DNA of 64,000 bases from Blasia pusilla (lineage: Eukaryota), in contig CM114271.1 in assembly GCA_050084515.1 (NCBI GenBank), positions 20,832,001 to 20,896,000 of the forward strand. The letters run 5' to 3'. The first letter of the stretch is position 1. Each line of letters opens with the position of its first letter. The position numbers were made by a program, and so were the translations under genes. This document shows positions 25,164-39,100 of this stretch, in pieces. The notes under the pieces were generated by a model that searched no databases, was not told where the DNA came from, and saw only the letters and a list, made by a program, of their open reading frames with translations.

Positions 25164-27117
25164 CTCTGCTTTTGTGGTGTCTAAAGGCCTATGAATTTCA
25201 CTTGTGTAAGAAGGAGCAAAGAAATTCTCATGGGAGACAGGAAGCAGAAGTAGAATGATTGCAGTCGCTGTACCACCAGTCGCTCGTCCTCTCGCAGTTG
25301 GCTCTCTTGACGACAGCTGCAGGAAAGCCCATTATCTAATTCATCTTTCCCTGTCTTGCAACCTGGCGAGGGGCACAGACATGGATCAGAGAAGGTTGCG
25401 ATCTTCCCTCCGTCGAAGGGCAATAATGTGCACAACAACACTCAACTATTTCCCAGGCTGAATTCCCAGCACATTACCGTCCCCAGATTCTGCGTGCACG
25501 TGGTGTTGAAGTGCCAAGAGTTTTTCCGTTTTTGACTCTCTCCGTCAGAGTTCTCCAATGATGGGGACAGAGTGTGCACTGTTCATGGGCACATGGCAGT
25601 ACACGCACAATTTAGGTAGGTCACATGAAAGTATTCAATGAATGAGAGCAGCTACCGTGGATACGAGGTGCGCGCAGTTCCTTCCATCGGCTGTTGGAAA
25701 TTATGATGATCCCTTAATTCAGCGGGTTCACAGTGGATCTAGACGTACTGCGTAGGTTACGTGGTGACGCTCAACGAGCGGAAGGGCTCGGCCCATTATT
25801 TCTAACGATCGTGCTTTCCGCCACTTCTACTTCCCTTAACTCCACTCGGAGGCACAGTGACCTTTTCGTACCGCTTTTCTCGACATTTTCCCAAACCGCG
25901 AACTTCACACTTGTCCAATTAGTGGGCAGATTCGAATCCTCGAGGTTTCGCATGCTTCAGTGAACTACATCCATTACGTCTCCGTAATCTGCAACTTTTG
26001 TCCGGAAGACGCTCACAATTGTCCTACTCGAAGATTTGATGACTTACTACAGATATCAATAAACCCAGGTGGCCCGCTTTCAGTTCTTGCGGCCTAAACA
26101 GTACTCTTATTCTTGAACAATTAGACGGTTTCATTGATCTGGTCGTGGGCACCTCCTATGTTTGGGCGGTAACTTCACTCGATTTTCATTTCTTGTGACC
26201 GACATCGGGGAGATAACAGCCAACGGGGATTTTTTCAAGGAACCCGACCAGACTTCACTGTCACTCTAACATCTCACCCACATGGTAGTTAGGCTAACAT
26301 TTACACAAGTGATCGTGATTTGCTGGCTAAGAACCCTACCATTCACGGTCCAGAGAAACTACGATTCATCTGTGGTGGACAGATAATTCGGCAAGGTTGT
26401 CTTTCAGATGAGCTGAGGAGAGTGCAGGCCAAAGACGGGAGGATGGGAGCGTGGCGAGATCGGCCCAGGTCACTCGTAACTTCGTGGTCCAGGCTTTACG
26501 AATATTCTCGAAAAACATACTGAGATATGTTGTCATCGTGTGTAATTTGAAGGGTCGGCATATTATAGCATGTTCACGTGATGCTTTTTGACTCGATAGA
26601 TGGAGACTCCATTCTGTTACGCTGCCAGCGAGCAAGCAAATACGGCAGGATATCGGCTTAGCCCAGACAAATGGAAGAAGAAGCATACGGACACACAGGG
26701 CACAAAGACGAAGGTATGTTTGGTTCTCATCCAGGTCGATAAAAATCGTGGAAATTTTACATAGTACAAAAAAAGCCTCCTCGAGAGAAGCTTCATAAGC
26801 CGGACTCCAACAACAAAAATAGTTTCCTACAGGGATAACCTCTCCTTGACAATCACAAATGCAAATCCCAGTTGCGGGAATTATTGCTTATTTCTAGGTC
26901 ACAAGCGGGTTCCTCGCATGCCTGGTTGCACTCCCTCTTCCCTTTTCGGCCCCTTCTGTCTCACCTTACTTATTTAATAGATCCAGTATACACAATTCCT
27001 ACTCTATGAGCAAGGGCAGCACCTTCAGTGTGGCAACGCGTCGGAAAAAACAAGTGGAATGCATGTCACAGCTCGCAAGGGCAGCGCTTGGTTCGGGAAG
27101 AATTAATCTATTACTAT

Positions 27118-27417
27118 TCACAATCCACATCCATTACAATTACACGCAATTGGAACAAATTTACAGAAGCCGAAAGGCTCTACATTACAGTTGATACTGT
27201 AACAGCATGGAAGTCCCGTTTTACAAAATGTTTTAGCTTCATCACAGCATTTGCAGAAGGCACAGCCCAAAAAGTCTCCCAGCTTTCGACGTGTGCTGTT
27301 CGATAACCGGAAATGTGAATCCGGTTCGGGAAAGAGCTCGATTAGCCTGCCATCTTCTGTACTGTAGAGGTTGTTCTTATCGACAGGGCTCGAGCTCGGG
27401 TCCGCTATTTCATCCTC
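27118..27417 (-). CDS. Last coding exon of a small secreted cysteine-rich protein
   Basis: CAG acceptor at 27418-27420, phase 0; encodes EDE...RRKLGDFLGCAFCKCC...C...PCCYSINC...PFGFCKFVPIACNCNGCGL*, a pattern I recognise from an uncharacterised land-plant family. Confidence 0.88.
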   Translation of the reverse strand, partial: EDEIADPSSSPVDKNNLYSTEDGRLIELFPEPDSHFRLSNSTRRKLGDFLGCAFCKCCDEAKTFCKTGLPCCYSINCNVEPFGFCKFVPIACNCNGCGL

Positions 27418-28902
27418 CTGCCAGCAAGACACCCGCCCACGACAAACTCGCATCAGATTCTTAATCACGTCTACCCCAGAGAAGTCATCTAGGGACACCC
27501 AGATCACAGACAGCATGTGCAGACCAGGCACCTAATCCTGAGCCGTCTGCCGCAAGAAATTCCACGCCGTAGGGAGGTCGGTAGACTAGGCCACGTGGTC
27601 CTGCTATGGGCAGCAGTGGAACCTAGTGATGAGAAAGGGGCGTGAACCATGTGGGCAGCGGAAATACTTTTTTTTCACCAGGAAGCAGACAGGACAAGCA
27701 ACAGAAGGTCAACAGGACGATGAAACTACATGTGGGACCGACTTGGTCTTTAAGGGCCTCCGAAGGCTGTGGAATCGTTCAGGGTTCAAGCGGCAACAAA
27801 GCGCGATTCAGCTCACCCACCAGGGACCCAATCGGGTTCTAGGTGACGGGGTAGTTCAAGAAGGAAAAGATATGGCAACGGAAGATTTAGGAGGATCATT
27901 CGGTAGGAAGGGACGGTTCAGGGGTTCAGGGGTTCAGGAAATCGTCAGCTAAGAAAATTGCACGGCGGAGAGCCAGAAAATTCGGACACTTCCCGGGAAG
28001 ACTACAACATTTACTGCGTGCAGCATCTCGCTACCGACCTGGTCTTCATTCTAAAGAAGCTACACCCAGGGTGAACACCACATCTACAACTGAAGCTGAA
28101 GGAGTTGGAAGAAGACGGACACCATCCACATGAGATGCTGGTGTACCACGATCTCAGTCCTACACAGGATGACGGGAACACGTCCAAAGGGCCCAAACAG
28201 TAGATTGAAATTGCAGCCAAGATCAGCTCAGTTTCCTGACTAAAAACACCCTGGAGCACTGCCACCTCCAAGTACCACGACCGATAAAAAACTGAGTCAC
28301 AGTGTAGGTTTGTTTTCCTTCGACGGGCACGTTATCGCAAGTCCTAAAGCAGACGCGCCAAACCGACAAGGGAATGCAAGGAATAAGCCTTCGATCCGAA
28401 ATTTTCTCTGATACGAGAACTGACTCTTTCAACCAGTGCATCGGGCGAGTAAGCCGCGCCTCCAAGAGAAGATCGTTAGACGTCGAGGACACATTACCTG
28501 TTGATTTCCCTTCGACAGACATGGTTCAGCGAATCCACCAATTCTTGACGACAAGGTGGCACCTCTGTTGACCAGCTAGAAAGTAATGAGAGCGGAAGAC
28601 ATCCTTTGATCTTACAGATATTCTAGGGAAAAACCAGGACCCCGTGGGTAAACAGAGGCTCAGACACTCACACAAGCCGACTTGACAGACCCTATGGAAG
28701 TCATAAGAATGGATGACAGGTCGGTCCAGAGACGTTCACACCTCGGGCACAGATGATGACATGTAAGATGTAGGAGCTCGTAAAATCTCCCTATCAGGAT
28801 GTAGAGAGACAACGGATCCACTGTGATGCAGTGTGAAGAATAAGAGAACATTCAGGAACTTTGACAATGCGCGCACATTACAGGAAGCACACCGGAACTG
28901 AC

Positions 28903-28940
28903 CTTTCGTAATCTTAATTCAAGCCCGGAAACTTGGTAAC
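28903..28940 (-). CDS. Second coding exon (38 nt) of the cysteine-rich protein gene
   Basis: TTTTCCTGCAG acceptor and AAG|GTCAGT donor; phase 1 in, phase 0 out, which joins the flanking exons in frame (CYQVSGLELRLRK). Confidence 0.78.
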
Positions 28941-29226
28941 CTGCAGGAAAACGAGTACGCGTTGCCAAAGAAATCCCAGTCAATCTTCTATTCCACGCAT
29001 TCCTTAGCAACGACCTTATCATGCATATCCATGAATCCCAAGCTGTGCACAAAAACACCCGGACTGCGGCACGAAGTCTAGTCAACCGCGGCCCTCCCAC
29101 CAGAAACTCTCCTTGACCTATTACCGATATCCGCCGACAGAGAGCCGTCATTCAACATAATAAGAGCATAAGAACGTCGAGGTCAGCACGAAATTCAGGA
29201 GACGGTAGTCTCAAAATGCTACTCAC

Positions 29227-29287
29227 AGGCGAAGAAGCATAGAAGCAAGGATGCAAGCAGCGCGAGTCGTTGCAATGCCTGCTCCAT
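29227..29287 (-). CDS. First coding exon (signal peptide) of the cysteine-rich protein gene
   Basis: ATG at 29287, MEQALQRLALLASLLLCFFA hydrophobic leader, GTGAGT donor at phase 1. Confidence 0.8.
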
Positions 29288-31514
29288 TTCACGAGCGGAA
29301 ATTCGACGGCCTCCTCCAAGAGCGAGCAGGCAGAGTGGCGTACAGGCTGTGCTTTCTTTCCTTCCTCGCGTGCGAACGCGCGATCAGAGCTAAAGAAAGT
29401 GCACTTCGCTCAGGGACGAGTGAAGTGCGGAGGAAGTGCACAGAGGACGGGCGAGGCTGTGCGGTTGAGGTGCCGCTTCTGCGGCGATAGCTGCTTCTGG
29501 AGCGCCGGGAATGGAGGGAAAGCGGCACAGGCCGACATAAGTAAAATCTTTGTTGGTGGTGGTGGTCCCGCAAAGCATCCTCACTCGCGTGCCCTTGCCC
29601 CACACCGGCGCGTCCTTGTATCGAACTCCACAATCTCGCGAACCGCAGTGTCCTTTTCATCACTTCTTGCGCCTTCGTTCTCGTATGAAGATGTTCTCGT
29701 GCCGCCACCGAGTCGAGGTGCTCTCACCGGTTCTCGTATCAAGCTGTTCTCGTACCTCGACTGAGTGGAGGCGCGGTAGCAATAAACGGGGCTGATCAAT
29801 TGCGAGCCGAATGGCCTAAATCCCCGGTGCCGCTAATTGGCCTTACCACGCCGTTGACGTCCAAAACCCACCTACAGCCGGATTAACGGGGTTTTAGGCA
29901 CCGAGACAAAGACAAAGATGTCGAATCGATAACAAAAATTGAAAGCTCGCGGTCTTATTAATGTGGGACTCCATACTGCGTTGACACAGTTCGACGGAGT
30001 AGACCAATTATACGTTCACACGACGACAGACATCCCCGTTCGCTCCGTTCACTCTCCCGAGTCTCCCCCAGAGTCTCTTGCATGTTTCCACGACATCGTT
30101 CTATATCAGGTCTTACCCTGATTACCCGACATCAGGCACAGCCGCACAGCCGGTGCGCTAGCTCGCTGCCTCAACCGGTCTGCAGCCCGTCCTGCCGCGT
30201 ATCCTGTTCTACCCACCGCGTTTCCGTCGACTGAACACAGTACACAGTACTGGCCGTCCGATTTGTTAACGGGCAGCCCTGAACCCCGATGCGGCAGAAT
30301 CCGGAATGGGGCAGCCACAGCATTTCCTAGTGGTCCCGCCACGGAGCTGGTTGTTTGTTGTATAGCAGTGGTGGTCTTGCCAAGTATAGAGTTTTCTAAA
30401 AATAGATGTCCAGGTAGTCTGACATCGGCGTTCCACTTACTTATCTCCGGACGGCCGTCACGATTCCGTTGCATGGATGCGAGCTACCGTATACCCTTCC
30501 TTCTCCATTGGACGTCATTTCCGCCGGTTTTCCAGGTGTAGATCCGTCGCGACACCGGGACGGAAGGGGAGCAGCCTAGACTCCTTCTCCACTCCGAAGT
30601 CGGCAGGAGGGCCCTGGAAGAGTGGGTGGCGGCAGGGGAAAGCGGGAGTATGGAGACAGTGCAAGAGCGCGCGAATGACAAGAGGGCTGTTGCTTTGAAG
30701 GACCGGGATAATTATTGAGTTTGCGACATAGTTGTGCTAATTTCGGAGGGTTCGCGGGACGGGAATGAGGGCTTCTTTCTTAAATGTTGCGACAACGGTG
30801 ACGTTCCTGACAAACCGGCCCGGTTTATTCTGCACCGGATACCACCGACGATGCGCGACAGCCGATAGGACAAAACAGGAACAGTACATGTAGTATGTCG
30901 CCTTGGAGAAGGAAGAGGGGGAAATGCCCCCTTCTTCCTTTTCCTCTTGAGGTCTATTTTTTTTTCTCCATGGCCCCCCTCTGATGTATCGTGATGGGTT
31001 TCCCATCCTTTTTCAATATATATATATATAATTTATTTATTTTATTTGCTTCCTTTTCCATCGAGCGTTTCTATTGAAGTTCATTCTATTTTTTTCCCCA
31101 GGGCCGGTTGTGGCCTTGGACCAGAGCGTACCTACGAGGGCGCAAAGCGGGACGAGCTTGACCGAACTTCGGCAAAGCACCGACTGTACTCCGGTTGCGC
31201 ACGTACAACCCATCCATGCAATTTCGAGGGTCGCGCAGGGCCACGCAAAGGCCCGACCTTTTGCGTCTTTCGATCGTCTCAGATTCTGATCTTCCGTTCT
31301 TTGTCTTGGTCTACTTTCGTTCAACGACTTCTTAGTCACGAGGTCGTGCTCGGCGCTCGATTGTGGATGGTCTCGTGAGGAGAAAATCAAGTAAATGCAT
31401 AGCGAGCAACAGGCATTTCGAAACAGCTCTCTTTGCTTGGGTCGGAGTGGTCGGACTACGACCCAATGAGGTCATAAGTTGACCTTCCGTGATGTCCAAT
31501 TACTTGGTTTTCAG

Positions 31515-34500
31515 CTAGTGAGAATGCGCACCGGCATCAAATTTTACAATAATAAACATATATATATACTTTTTATTTTTATTTTAATAAAATATGTCAA
31601 ATTTCTTAGTGAAAATAAACATAAAATGTTTTCATTAGACAACAAATTGAAGAAGAATAAATCTCTCTAAACTCTAACTATTATTTGTTTAATTGTAACG
31701 ATATAGAACATTTCTAATATAAGCACCAACTTTGTTTGGTGGAGTTTGACTATCGTATCCATTGAATTGTTAGAACCTACTCTAGATAAGGCAACATAAA
31801 ATTTTCCGCCAGAAAATATTGGATTTGGCAAGTAAATACCAACTCTCTATAATGTTTGACCTTGAGATTTATTAATCGTCATGGCAAAGGCAGTTTGAAT
31901 AGGATATTGAAATTGCCTTGAATCAAAAGATAATCCTGAATTCGATGCAATCAACGAAATGTACGGAGTAAACACTCGAGCTCCAATATTTTTTCCCGTC
32001 ATAATTACAACATCAATAACATAACGACCAAATCCAACAATCACCAAGCAAGTCTCGTTTGCTTGTCCCTTTGCTCCATTCATATTCCGTAATAGCATGA
32101 TCAAAGTTCCAATCTTCAATGTTAAACAATGTGGTGGCAATCCTCATGGCAAACATATATTTATGAATTCTGTTGGGGATATCAACCTCATCCCATTATC
32201 AATTACCGAATCAGCACGTAAAAAGGTGTGCTCCTGAAAAGAGACACGGCCATTAGAATCAAAAGAATAACTTCTAATAGTTCAAATAAAAAATATCATC
32301 GTATCATATAAATTGATAACATCGATGAAACATTAGAATTACCTCTCCTGGAAATTACGACATAATTTCGGCATTAATAAAATCCAAAGTAGTCTTTTTT
32401 GTTGTAAGAATAGATGTACCCCTCAAGAAATCAATATCACTCCACTTATCAATATCATGCACATAGATAATATCAATCAAAACATTTAGTGTGTAGCTCT
32501 TAGCGATCATTTCATCGGGAATTCTTATAAAATCATCTCCAAGTTCAATATGCAATGGTATTTGAACCTCACCAACCTTCAATAACCAGTTTGCAAATCC
32601 TTCTTGTTCATGTCATTCTTGACCTACAAAAATTTGACCCCACAAAATTTGTACATCTTAATAAGAAATACATAAGAAAGAAAAAACAAGAACATAAGGT
32701 TCAATCTTTCTTACCTTGTAAACAATTCACTCTCATGTTTGTAATAACTTTCATTATTCTCACATGAGACCAAATAAGAGATCTCCTAAGGGTAGCACAC
32801 ATAACAATTGGCTGATCACCATGACGTATGACAGGAAAAATTTGTCGGAAGTCACCACCAAATATGTATTTCTTGCCTCCAAAAGGCAGATCTCGTAGTA
32901 CAACATCCACAAAATCCATAATATTTTGGAAACTACTATTAACATCCTCAAAAGATGACGTTGCGTCATAGGAGCTTTATCTCATACGACCAACTTTGAA
33001 ATTTGTATGAGGCTTGATAACTGATAAACTAGAAAACACATAGAAAATCAAAAAGTAAGAAATATTTAAACATAATATATATAAATAATAACAAAGCAAT
33101 GAAAAAACAATTTTAGAAAAAGAGCAAAGTGATAGCAAAATCTTCAACATAGACTTATTTGCAAGTGGATGTTTCATGTATCTAAATCAAAATCTTGAAT
33201 GGAGAATGAGCAGTAAGGCCTCCATCTAGTAACAAAGCAACAATACCATAAGATGCAAATGCAAGAGCACTTTAACCCGTGCTTCGTACGCTAGCAAGAA
33301 GAAGATTGTATAAAAATGTTTTCCCCCTTCCACCAAGACCATCAATGAAGAATAATGTTGCCTAAAAATACCCAAATTAGCCACAAGAGGTTCAAAGGAG
33401 TAAAAACATAGAAACAAAACTTCAAATAGCATAACATATATAAAAGCACTTACAAAAGGTGGCATAGCATTTAACACATCCTCAAAGAGAAGATGGACAA
33501 CATCCCATATAGCTGGTTGTCCACCATTCAATGAAGTCTCTCCTCGTTCAACACCATCAGCAAACATTTCACACGATCATAGCAAAGTTCTTCTTCCTCT
33601 AAGTCCGAGATCGATAAATCTCGAGTAAAAAATCACGTTGAAGCATGTCCGAAAAATCCGCCATACTCTTACCATGATCTTGAAGATGGTAATGGATCTC
33701 TAATAATGCAAGATTAATAATTTGAATGTCCAAAGCAAGATCAAGAATTCCAATTCTCTACAAAAAATTATAAAAGATTATAAAAACTTAAAGACAAAAA
33801 AAAATCAATAGATTTTTTTGAATATAAATACAAATTGAATAATATATAGAAGGCATGCATATTACCTCAGGCCTTTGATGTAAGAGATCTTATGTTAGTG
33901 GAACTAAGAAACGTTCCAACACCATACTAGGTACAGATGGCGTGTTACAGAGAATAATCATAGCAAAGAGCAAACGCAATATATAACCAATACGAATTTC
34001 AACCATCTCTTTGAAGCAAGAAAAGACCTCCCGGTCATCTTCTAATAACCCCATTTGAATAGTTGTTTCCTTAAAAGTAGAATAAACCATATCCCCAAAC
34101 ATGTTCAAATCCTTATATGATTGAGCTCCTCTCGTATGATGAAGAAGAAATCGTAGCCAATGACGCCCCCCTTCAACTATAGAATCTTAATGAAAACATT
34201 AAGCATCCACACAAAAGGAAATAATAATATTATATTAAGTCAAATATTTATGTTGTTAATAAAAAATAAACACATAAGAGAAAGTTCACATGGGTTAGTC
34301 ATATACAAACGTCCAATAAGATGTCCATATCCTTTTCTTCCACGTTTACGTCAAACCCATATCTTCTTATTCCAAGAGTAATAAGAAGGACATTCCAAAT
34401 AAAGCAGTTGTCGAGCCGTGGGATCAGATATATTAGTTGCGACCCATTGAGTGAGGATGGTATCCTTACTCCAATCTAGAATATTACCCAAGGAATCTCT

Positions 34501-37500
34501 ATCATGAAGATATACCATCTGGCTATCTGGGAGATGAACAATTAATCGTACAATACTTTGTTGCTTTGTGTGTAGACTAAACTTGAAGATTCTTCAACAA
34601 GCTTGTGAGAAAAAAACATACCTTAAAAAAAAAGCAAATATAGTCAGAGTCCACTATAATCCTAAATAACTCTTTCTTTTTTTGTTGGAAACCGTGTACA
34701 ACTAAGTTATGACTATCTAAGTTTGTTTGACCAGGAAGTAGAGCAGAAGTGATTTTGGGCTACTTAGGGTTGCAAATCACAGTCAAAAAGTAGTCAGGCT
34801 TCCCAAAATATCTCACAAATGCCATATCATCATGCTACAATTAATGCATATGTCAAGGTCCTCCAAAAAAGGAGGAAGGTAAAATAACTCGTCTTCCTAT
34901 GGTATGACCATCAATATCATGTCCCATCAAAGCATCTCTCACACCTTGGTTTAATCAGTTGTCATCTCTTTTTGATGCAATTGTATCCATGTTAATCATT
35001 TTATCTTAATACTTGCATACATGTCTACCATATATTCTCGAGTAAGTCAACCAAACCTCAATAACATGTTATGATCTTGAGCATTGGCTCTCATTTGGAG
35101 GCGAAATGAAGCAAATTGTAGAGCGGTGATAATCTTTAAACTTGCCTCATGACTTGTCTCTCCACCTTGAAGTTGCTCTTCTTCCATTCGCTCTAGTACA
35201 TTATGGTAAAAAATCTGATCTCCATCTTTCTCCATCACAATATGCCCTCTTCTCGCCGCACTCCCTCTAAGATCACCCACCCGAGTAGGTATGCCAAGAT
35301 GCCAATCAGCTTCACCCTATAGAAAAGGCAATACAAAATGCAATGGAATATAGGCCTTATTGAAGTCAGACATTTGACGAATCCCTCATCCATATAAAGG
35401 AAAAAATACATCACAACCTTCTCTAGGCTCACTTCCGTCTCCATGCAAGCTAGCGGCAATCTCCAAAGCAGTAGGCAAAGTGTATCGTTTAGCATCAAGC
35501 CCTCGCTTACCACCCCTTAAGACAATATGAGAATTTGAATTACATAAATCCATGGCCACATATCAAAAGATAGCGACACATGGATTATGAACATGTAACA
35601 TGTCTTGAAATCCCCTCAAGATCTCAACCCTCAATTGATCACGATTGTCTCGATTCATGATCCTTCTCCTTAAATTTTTTTCAATTTGATACTCATCATC
35701 ATGAATATAAATTTCTGCAAATTATGCAGAAACACTCATCTCTGCATTAAGTGGTCCAATAGCATGATAAACATCACCTCGAATCCTTAAGTTCCTTGTA
35801 CCACCGCCATGCTCTATAACATGTGCTTCAGTAGATGCCAATTGGAGGGCACTATTATAGGCACATGCATTACGCAAAAATTGCAAATTACCCGAAATCA
35901 ACTCAAATAGAAAAGTAGGAGAAGCCTTCAAATATGGTAATTGAACCTTACCATGCTCACAACATATCCCAAAAGGAGAGCTTGGAGACTTAGATGACTT
36001 AAATCTCTCATACTTCCAATGTAGCTCTTTGCAAGTCAAACACACATCATTCATACATAATCCAATTCTTTAACGACTAGTCATACTATCGATACGATCT
36101 TCGAATCTAAGAATTCGGATATGTTTATTTTTAAATTCACGTATACGTGCAATATTCAATAACTTCCTCAAGTTCACCATCCTTCCACATGTCATATATG
36201 GAACATTAGAAAATACACGATCTTCGTTTACTTTCATATAAACCTCATAAACATTATTCTCAGGTATAGTATTTCTTCTTGAACAATCGCCATAATATCC
36301 TCCATGAGGTAATCCAACCAAATCAGCATGCCTCTGTCTTTGGCCTTTAGCTCGCACAACTCGAAGCATATCTTGTGGTCTTTGAGGGTTGGAAGGAACA
36401 CGAAGACTACAAAGAATATAATTTTCAAAAGTAAAATTAGCAAAAACAATAATTTTACGTCAATTTTAAAAAAATCATAAATAAATAAAAGGTTATAGAA
36501 AATAAGTGTACATTGGAGATCGCATAATAAGAGTCATCAATCGAGGCACCACATCATGCGTCCTTATCATACGCATGGAAATCTACCAAATTTTAGAAAA
36601 TCTATACCAAAATTTAAAAAATTCTACATAAGTAAAGTTTGTAAGAGAAAAAAATATTTAAAAAAACCATACCTTATATTATCTTCAACATCAATGTCAT
36701 CAATTCTACTTGTAGTTGTAGGAGCTAGTTCTTCCTCAATTGGACCAGGACCTATTCCAGTGGAGTTTAGCCCTATAGGTGGATTCGTCCTTATTGATGA
36801 ATCACCAATACTCGCCCCATTAGGTAGCTCAAGAAAATCACCATGTATGCATCTTTGGATTTGCGCTCACACAACTCGAAGCGTCCTTATTATAGGCCTG
36901 GAAAACAACCATATTTTAGAAATCATATACCAAAATTTTAGAAAATATACACAAGTAAATTTTGTAATAGAAAAAAAAACAAAAAAAATATACCTTGTAT
37001 TATCTTCAACACCACTGTCATCAATTCCACCCGTGGTTGTTGGAGCTAGTACTTCCTCCATTCCTCAAGACCTAGTTCTTTGGCCTTGTGCTCGTGCAAT
37101 TTGAAGCATCTCGAGTATTCGTTGAGGGTTGGAAGGAAAAGGAAGACTACAATAAAAAGAGGATCATAGGATATAAACGTATGTAGGAGATGACATAACC
37201 ACAACATTAGAAGTCTCAACCACATCCGACATAGTTGTTACTCGCATGCAAAATAAACATTGTCAATAGATCAACTACGTAGGCCAAAATTAGACAGAAT
37301 GATTATAATCTTGAAATACAAAATAAATACTTTAAAATGATACCTATGATCCATATTCATATGTCTTTGAATTTTTCCTCGAGCTCTTGCAACTTTTAGC
37401 ATTTCACATACTCGTCCTAGATTTGGAAGTCTACAAAATAAGAAAAATAATGTTTAAAAAAATATCAGATACTTTTCCCATAATATACTTCAAAATTTGA

Positions 37501-39100
37501 AAGCTCTTAAAATTAAAATAGTGCTATAAAACCTTACATTTCATACGCAATAGTTGTACAAGGAAGTACAAAGCGCGTATCTTGAAGTATTCGCCTTTTT
37601 TCCTTTGATACTCTCCCTTTTTAGCCTTATTAGAGGCAAGATGTGTGTCGCCCTTGAAGTTTTTGATGTCGAAGAAAGGTCTTTTACCACTTTTCCATGA
37701 TACTTGATCCTCATCCATCATATAATAGATTATTCTATAGAAAACCATTTTAAAAGAATACAATATAAAATGTTATTAACAAATAACATAAATACTTCAC
37801 CAATGCATATTAATTCCAAAATTGGTAAATTTCTTACACTTCACATTTCAAAAAGAGGATGAATCTACAATTAAGTGAGACTTAGCAGTACTCATTTAAG
37901 TTAAGTCATCAAAGTCATGGGAATGACCACTACTAAGAATCCAAGACCCAGACCCTAAGGCATCTCGCATAAAGGAATGGCTAGAAGATATGGGCTCAGA
38001 GGAAGGAATGCAATGGTTAGTCGAACCCGTATCTCCTTCTTCATCCTTACCTTGGGATAACAAAACGCTAATATTTTTATTATTAGGTTCTACTACAGGC
38101 GTTGGTAGAACTCTTAATACGTTCTCTTCAAACACTTGCATTACATCCTCAATTGGTACCATCGTGTACTTATTGTCTACCTCCTCATAAAAAATAGGTG
38201 TTGGAAGATAGCCATCACTTGAAACTTATACAAATTCAATTTGCTTGGGATTTGTTGGCATAGGTTCATATGCATCTTCAGAAAGAGGAACATACGACTT
38301 ACCATCACTACCTTGCCATATCATTTTTAAAATCCTCGCTTGCTCCTACGCTTCTCCGCCACAACTTGGAAATCAGCAAGAAATTATAACATATAAATAA
38401 TTTCACAAATTAAAAAAAAAAGCAACATGGGAGGGAGTTTTCAAATTTTTTTTAAGATGAGTATAGGTCCTAACAAAAAAAAAGACTGTCTTTGCTAATT
38501 ACGCTCATTGGTATCTTTACCATTTCAATCATGGTTAGGAGAAGGAGTGTCAAACCTTAAATCTCAAATCTCACTATTATCACAACTATTATCGATATCC
38601 CTATAATCGATATAACTATATAATTACCTATCAAACTTATCACCGACATACCATCCATTGGAATCATAAAGGGAAGTGGAAGAGACTTCTACATTGTCAT
38701 GTTCTCCAAGACCAGGGTATAAATCTAGGGAGTATCTCTCATCACTATTGAGAGTACCCACAACTTCTTGACCTATTCCAATTTCCCTAACCTCCTCATC
38801 CTCATTGAAAAATTTGAAGGAGGAGAGGACAAAGTAGGCTCCACATGAAATAATTTTTGTTTTCTTTGCAAGCAAGTCAAAGAAAAATTGAGTTCCACAT
38901 CTCTCTCTATTATATATTCAGTACCCCCAATCTCTATGTTTTTTTTTCAATTAAAGGTCTCTTGCATCTTGATGAGAGAGTTTACATCACACCAATTAGG
39001 CTCACTCCGTACATGCAATATGATTGGTTGCAATGAAAAAATGATTATCAAATTTCTATATATATATATATAATATAGATAATAATTCAACCAAGTTTAG
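31515..39100 (-). mobile_element. Helitron, decayed
   Basis: AT-rich block with an intron-containing RepHel pseudogene; candidate 3' end is a degenerate GC hairpin plus CTAG at 31515-31540; 5' boundary approximate. Confidence 0.8.
31740..36070 (-). pseudogene. Helitron RepHel (N-terminal zinc motif, Rep N-region, PIF1 helicase)
   Basis: CLTCKELHW..E...CCEHGKVQLP; GRRVILPSSFFGGP; Walker A FIDGLGGRGKTFLY; FGGDFRQIFPV; AFAMTINKSQGQTL; YVALSRV; many stops and frameshifts. Confidence 0.92.

Noticed and set aside
27418-27531. 5' part of the 137 aa ORF as the true N-terminus
   Set aside because: Non-ATG start; better explained as intron upstream of the CAG acceptor.
29251-30700. Several overlapping ORFs
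   Set aside because: Expected by chance in GC-rich UTR/promoter DNA upstream of the cysteine-rich gene.
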